DNA of 64,000 nucleotides from Aplysia californica (lineage: Eukaryota). The translations under genes and the position numbers were made by a program. The DNA lies in NCBI RefSeq assembly GCF_000002075.1, contig NW_004797278.1, forward strand, positions 2,156,009 to 2,220,008. Reading direction: 5' to 3'. Below the pieces are notes generated by a model. The model worked only from the letters and a program-made list of their open reading frames with translations. It did not search any database and was not told the origin of the DNA. Positions 62,734-64,000 of this stretch are shown here, piece by piece; the stretch's first letter is position 1, and each line of letters opens with the position of its first letter.

Positions 62734-63489
62734 TTTGTTTGTTTGTTGTTGTTTTTTTTTTTGTTAACTGCGTTAAGAACTTTATTGCACTGATAGACGA
62801 AGCATGCATGTCTTTTGGCCAGCTCCAGGGTCTTGACAATGTTTTAAATGAAAAAGCTTATCATCACTATCATCTGCATTGTCATCTGAAGAAGCCCCGA
62901 ATTCGATTCACGCACAGTAAGAATTTGTTTAGTACCTCCGTCTTTCGACAAGGTCGTTGTTCCCCTCTCAGCCCAGGTTGGCCCTGACTCGTAAGGTCGA
63001 AGCTCTCCCCTAAGTGATCTGAAGTGTGTCGATTGAGGAGTAAAACACACATTATAATTTTTTTAAAAAGAAAGAATAGAAACCGCTGACAACTTCAATA
63101 ATATACTTTGCCCGAGTTGAATTACCTGTAAACCTAAAGTGGAGTGTTTACTGAGAGAAACATTGTACGAAAAAAGACACGACAGTGCAAACCATCGCTG
63201 GGAGGATGGAGGAGCTTAAATGGGTTTGTTTTTCTCTGACCCCCCCCCCTCTCCCTGACACATCGAGTAAAACTAGAATGATGCTAAAATGTAGCCCCTA
63301 AGTGATACGAGTACCTTATGTAAGTGTAGCAACCCTAAATATGATAGTTTTATACCCTCTCTTTTTTTCTTGGCTTGTTTTACTCTGGATACTTTACTTT
63401 TTACTTTTCCGATCCAGCGGCCATTTGGGTTCTAGCCCTTCGGTCTGTCGATATGGCAAAGAATTTACAGGTTTTAATCAGCTGTGCTT

Positions 63490-64000
63490 TGTCACTGTAT
63501 AGAGTATTTCCGATGTCTGGGGAGGCAGGTAGGTAGCTGCTACGCAGGTCGCAAAGTGATGGTCAGTTAAAGAGGTGGTGTGGTACTGTTTCATCCTGGC
63601 AGTCGCACAACGGGCAGTTGGGTGGGGTATCCTTGCGGATCCTATTAAGGTAAGAACTTAGTGGTGTGTTTTGTGTTCGCAGGCGAAAGATTGTGACCTG
63701 TTCTCTTCTACTCAGGGAACTTATTGCATCTTTAGAGTTGGGGGCTGTCATGTGTGCAAATACAGTTCTTCCAGTTTTGCCCATTGCCCATCCATTCAGC
63801 CACTGTTCCCTAGTGTTGCATTTGATGATGTTCTTGGCTGTCTGTTGTGATACTGGGTTGTGAGGTTGTGTTTGTGATGCTCCCTTCTTGGCAAGGGTGT
63901 CTGCTCTGTCGTTTCCTGGAATGTTGCTGTGGCCAGGTATCCACTGTAGTGTCAGGTCGACGGCATAGGTCTGTATGAAGGTGTTGACTCTTTGAGCCAC
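63490..64000 (-). mobile_element. LINE ORF2 fragment with RNase H C-terminus and zinc knuckle
   Basis: LQWIPGHSNIPGNDRADTLAKKG; FRLRTQ...CPLCDCQDETVPHHLF; runs off the window end. Confidence 0.88.

Noticed and set aside
62488-62987. CV/TH-repeat ORFs
   Set aside because: Translations of the (GT)n microsatellite.

Overview
AT-rich, repeat-rich animal genomic DNA. An invertebrate, probably a gastropod mollusc, is inferred from the repeat landscape and protein divergence but is not proven. Three N gaps: 17991-18090, 29258-29357, 60861-61052. The window holds a head-to-head gene pair. (1) Intersectin (ITSN) on the minus strand: I traced 33 phase-consistent coding exons from ATG 39695 through EH1, EH2, coiled coil and SH3A-E to the first DH exon (217-335); the gene continues past the left edge. 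(2) A complete 11-exon, 350-aa CRYZL1/FERRY4 orthologue on the plus strand (42252-54614), with a U12 minor intron. The same divergent ITSN1-CRYZL1 arrangement exists on human chr21. The most unusual items are a 1431-nt symmetric ITSN exon between SH3C and SH3D encoding a 477-aa disordered module dense in DPF/FGDF/DLF adaptor-binding motifs, a possible internal first exon that would give a DH-only RhoGEF, a near-identical copy of the bidirectional promoter inside an ITSN intron (possibly an assembly artefact), and a modular set of retroposons sharing one 3' hairpin tail. Introns also carry piggyBac-, Merlin- and pogo-like MITEs, a Helitron and LINE fragments. All coordinates were read by eye and no database searches were run.
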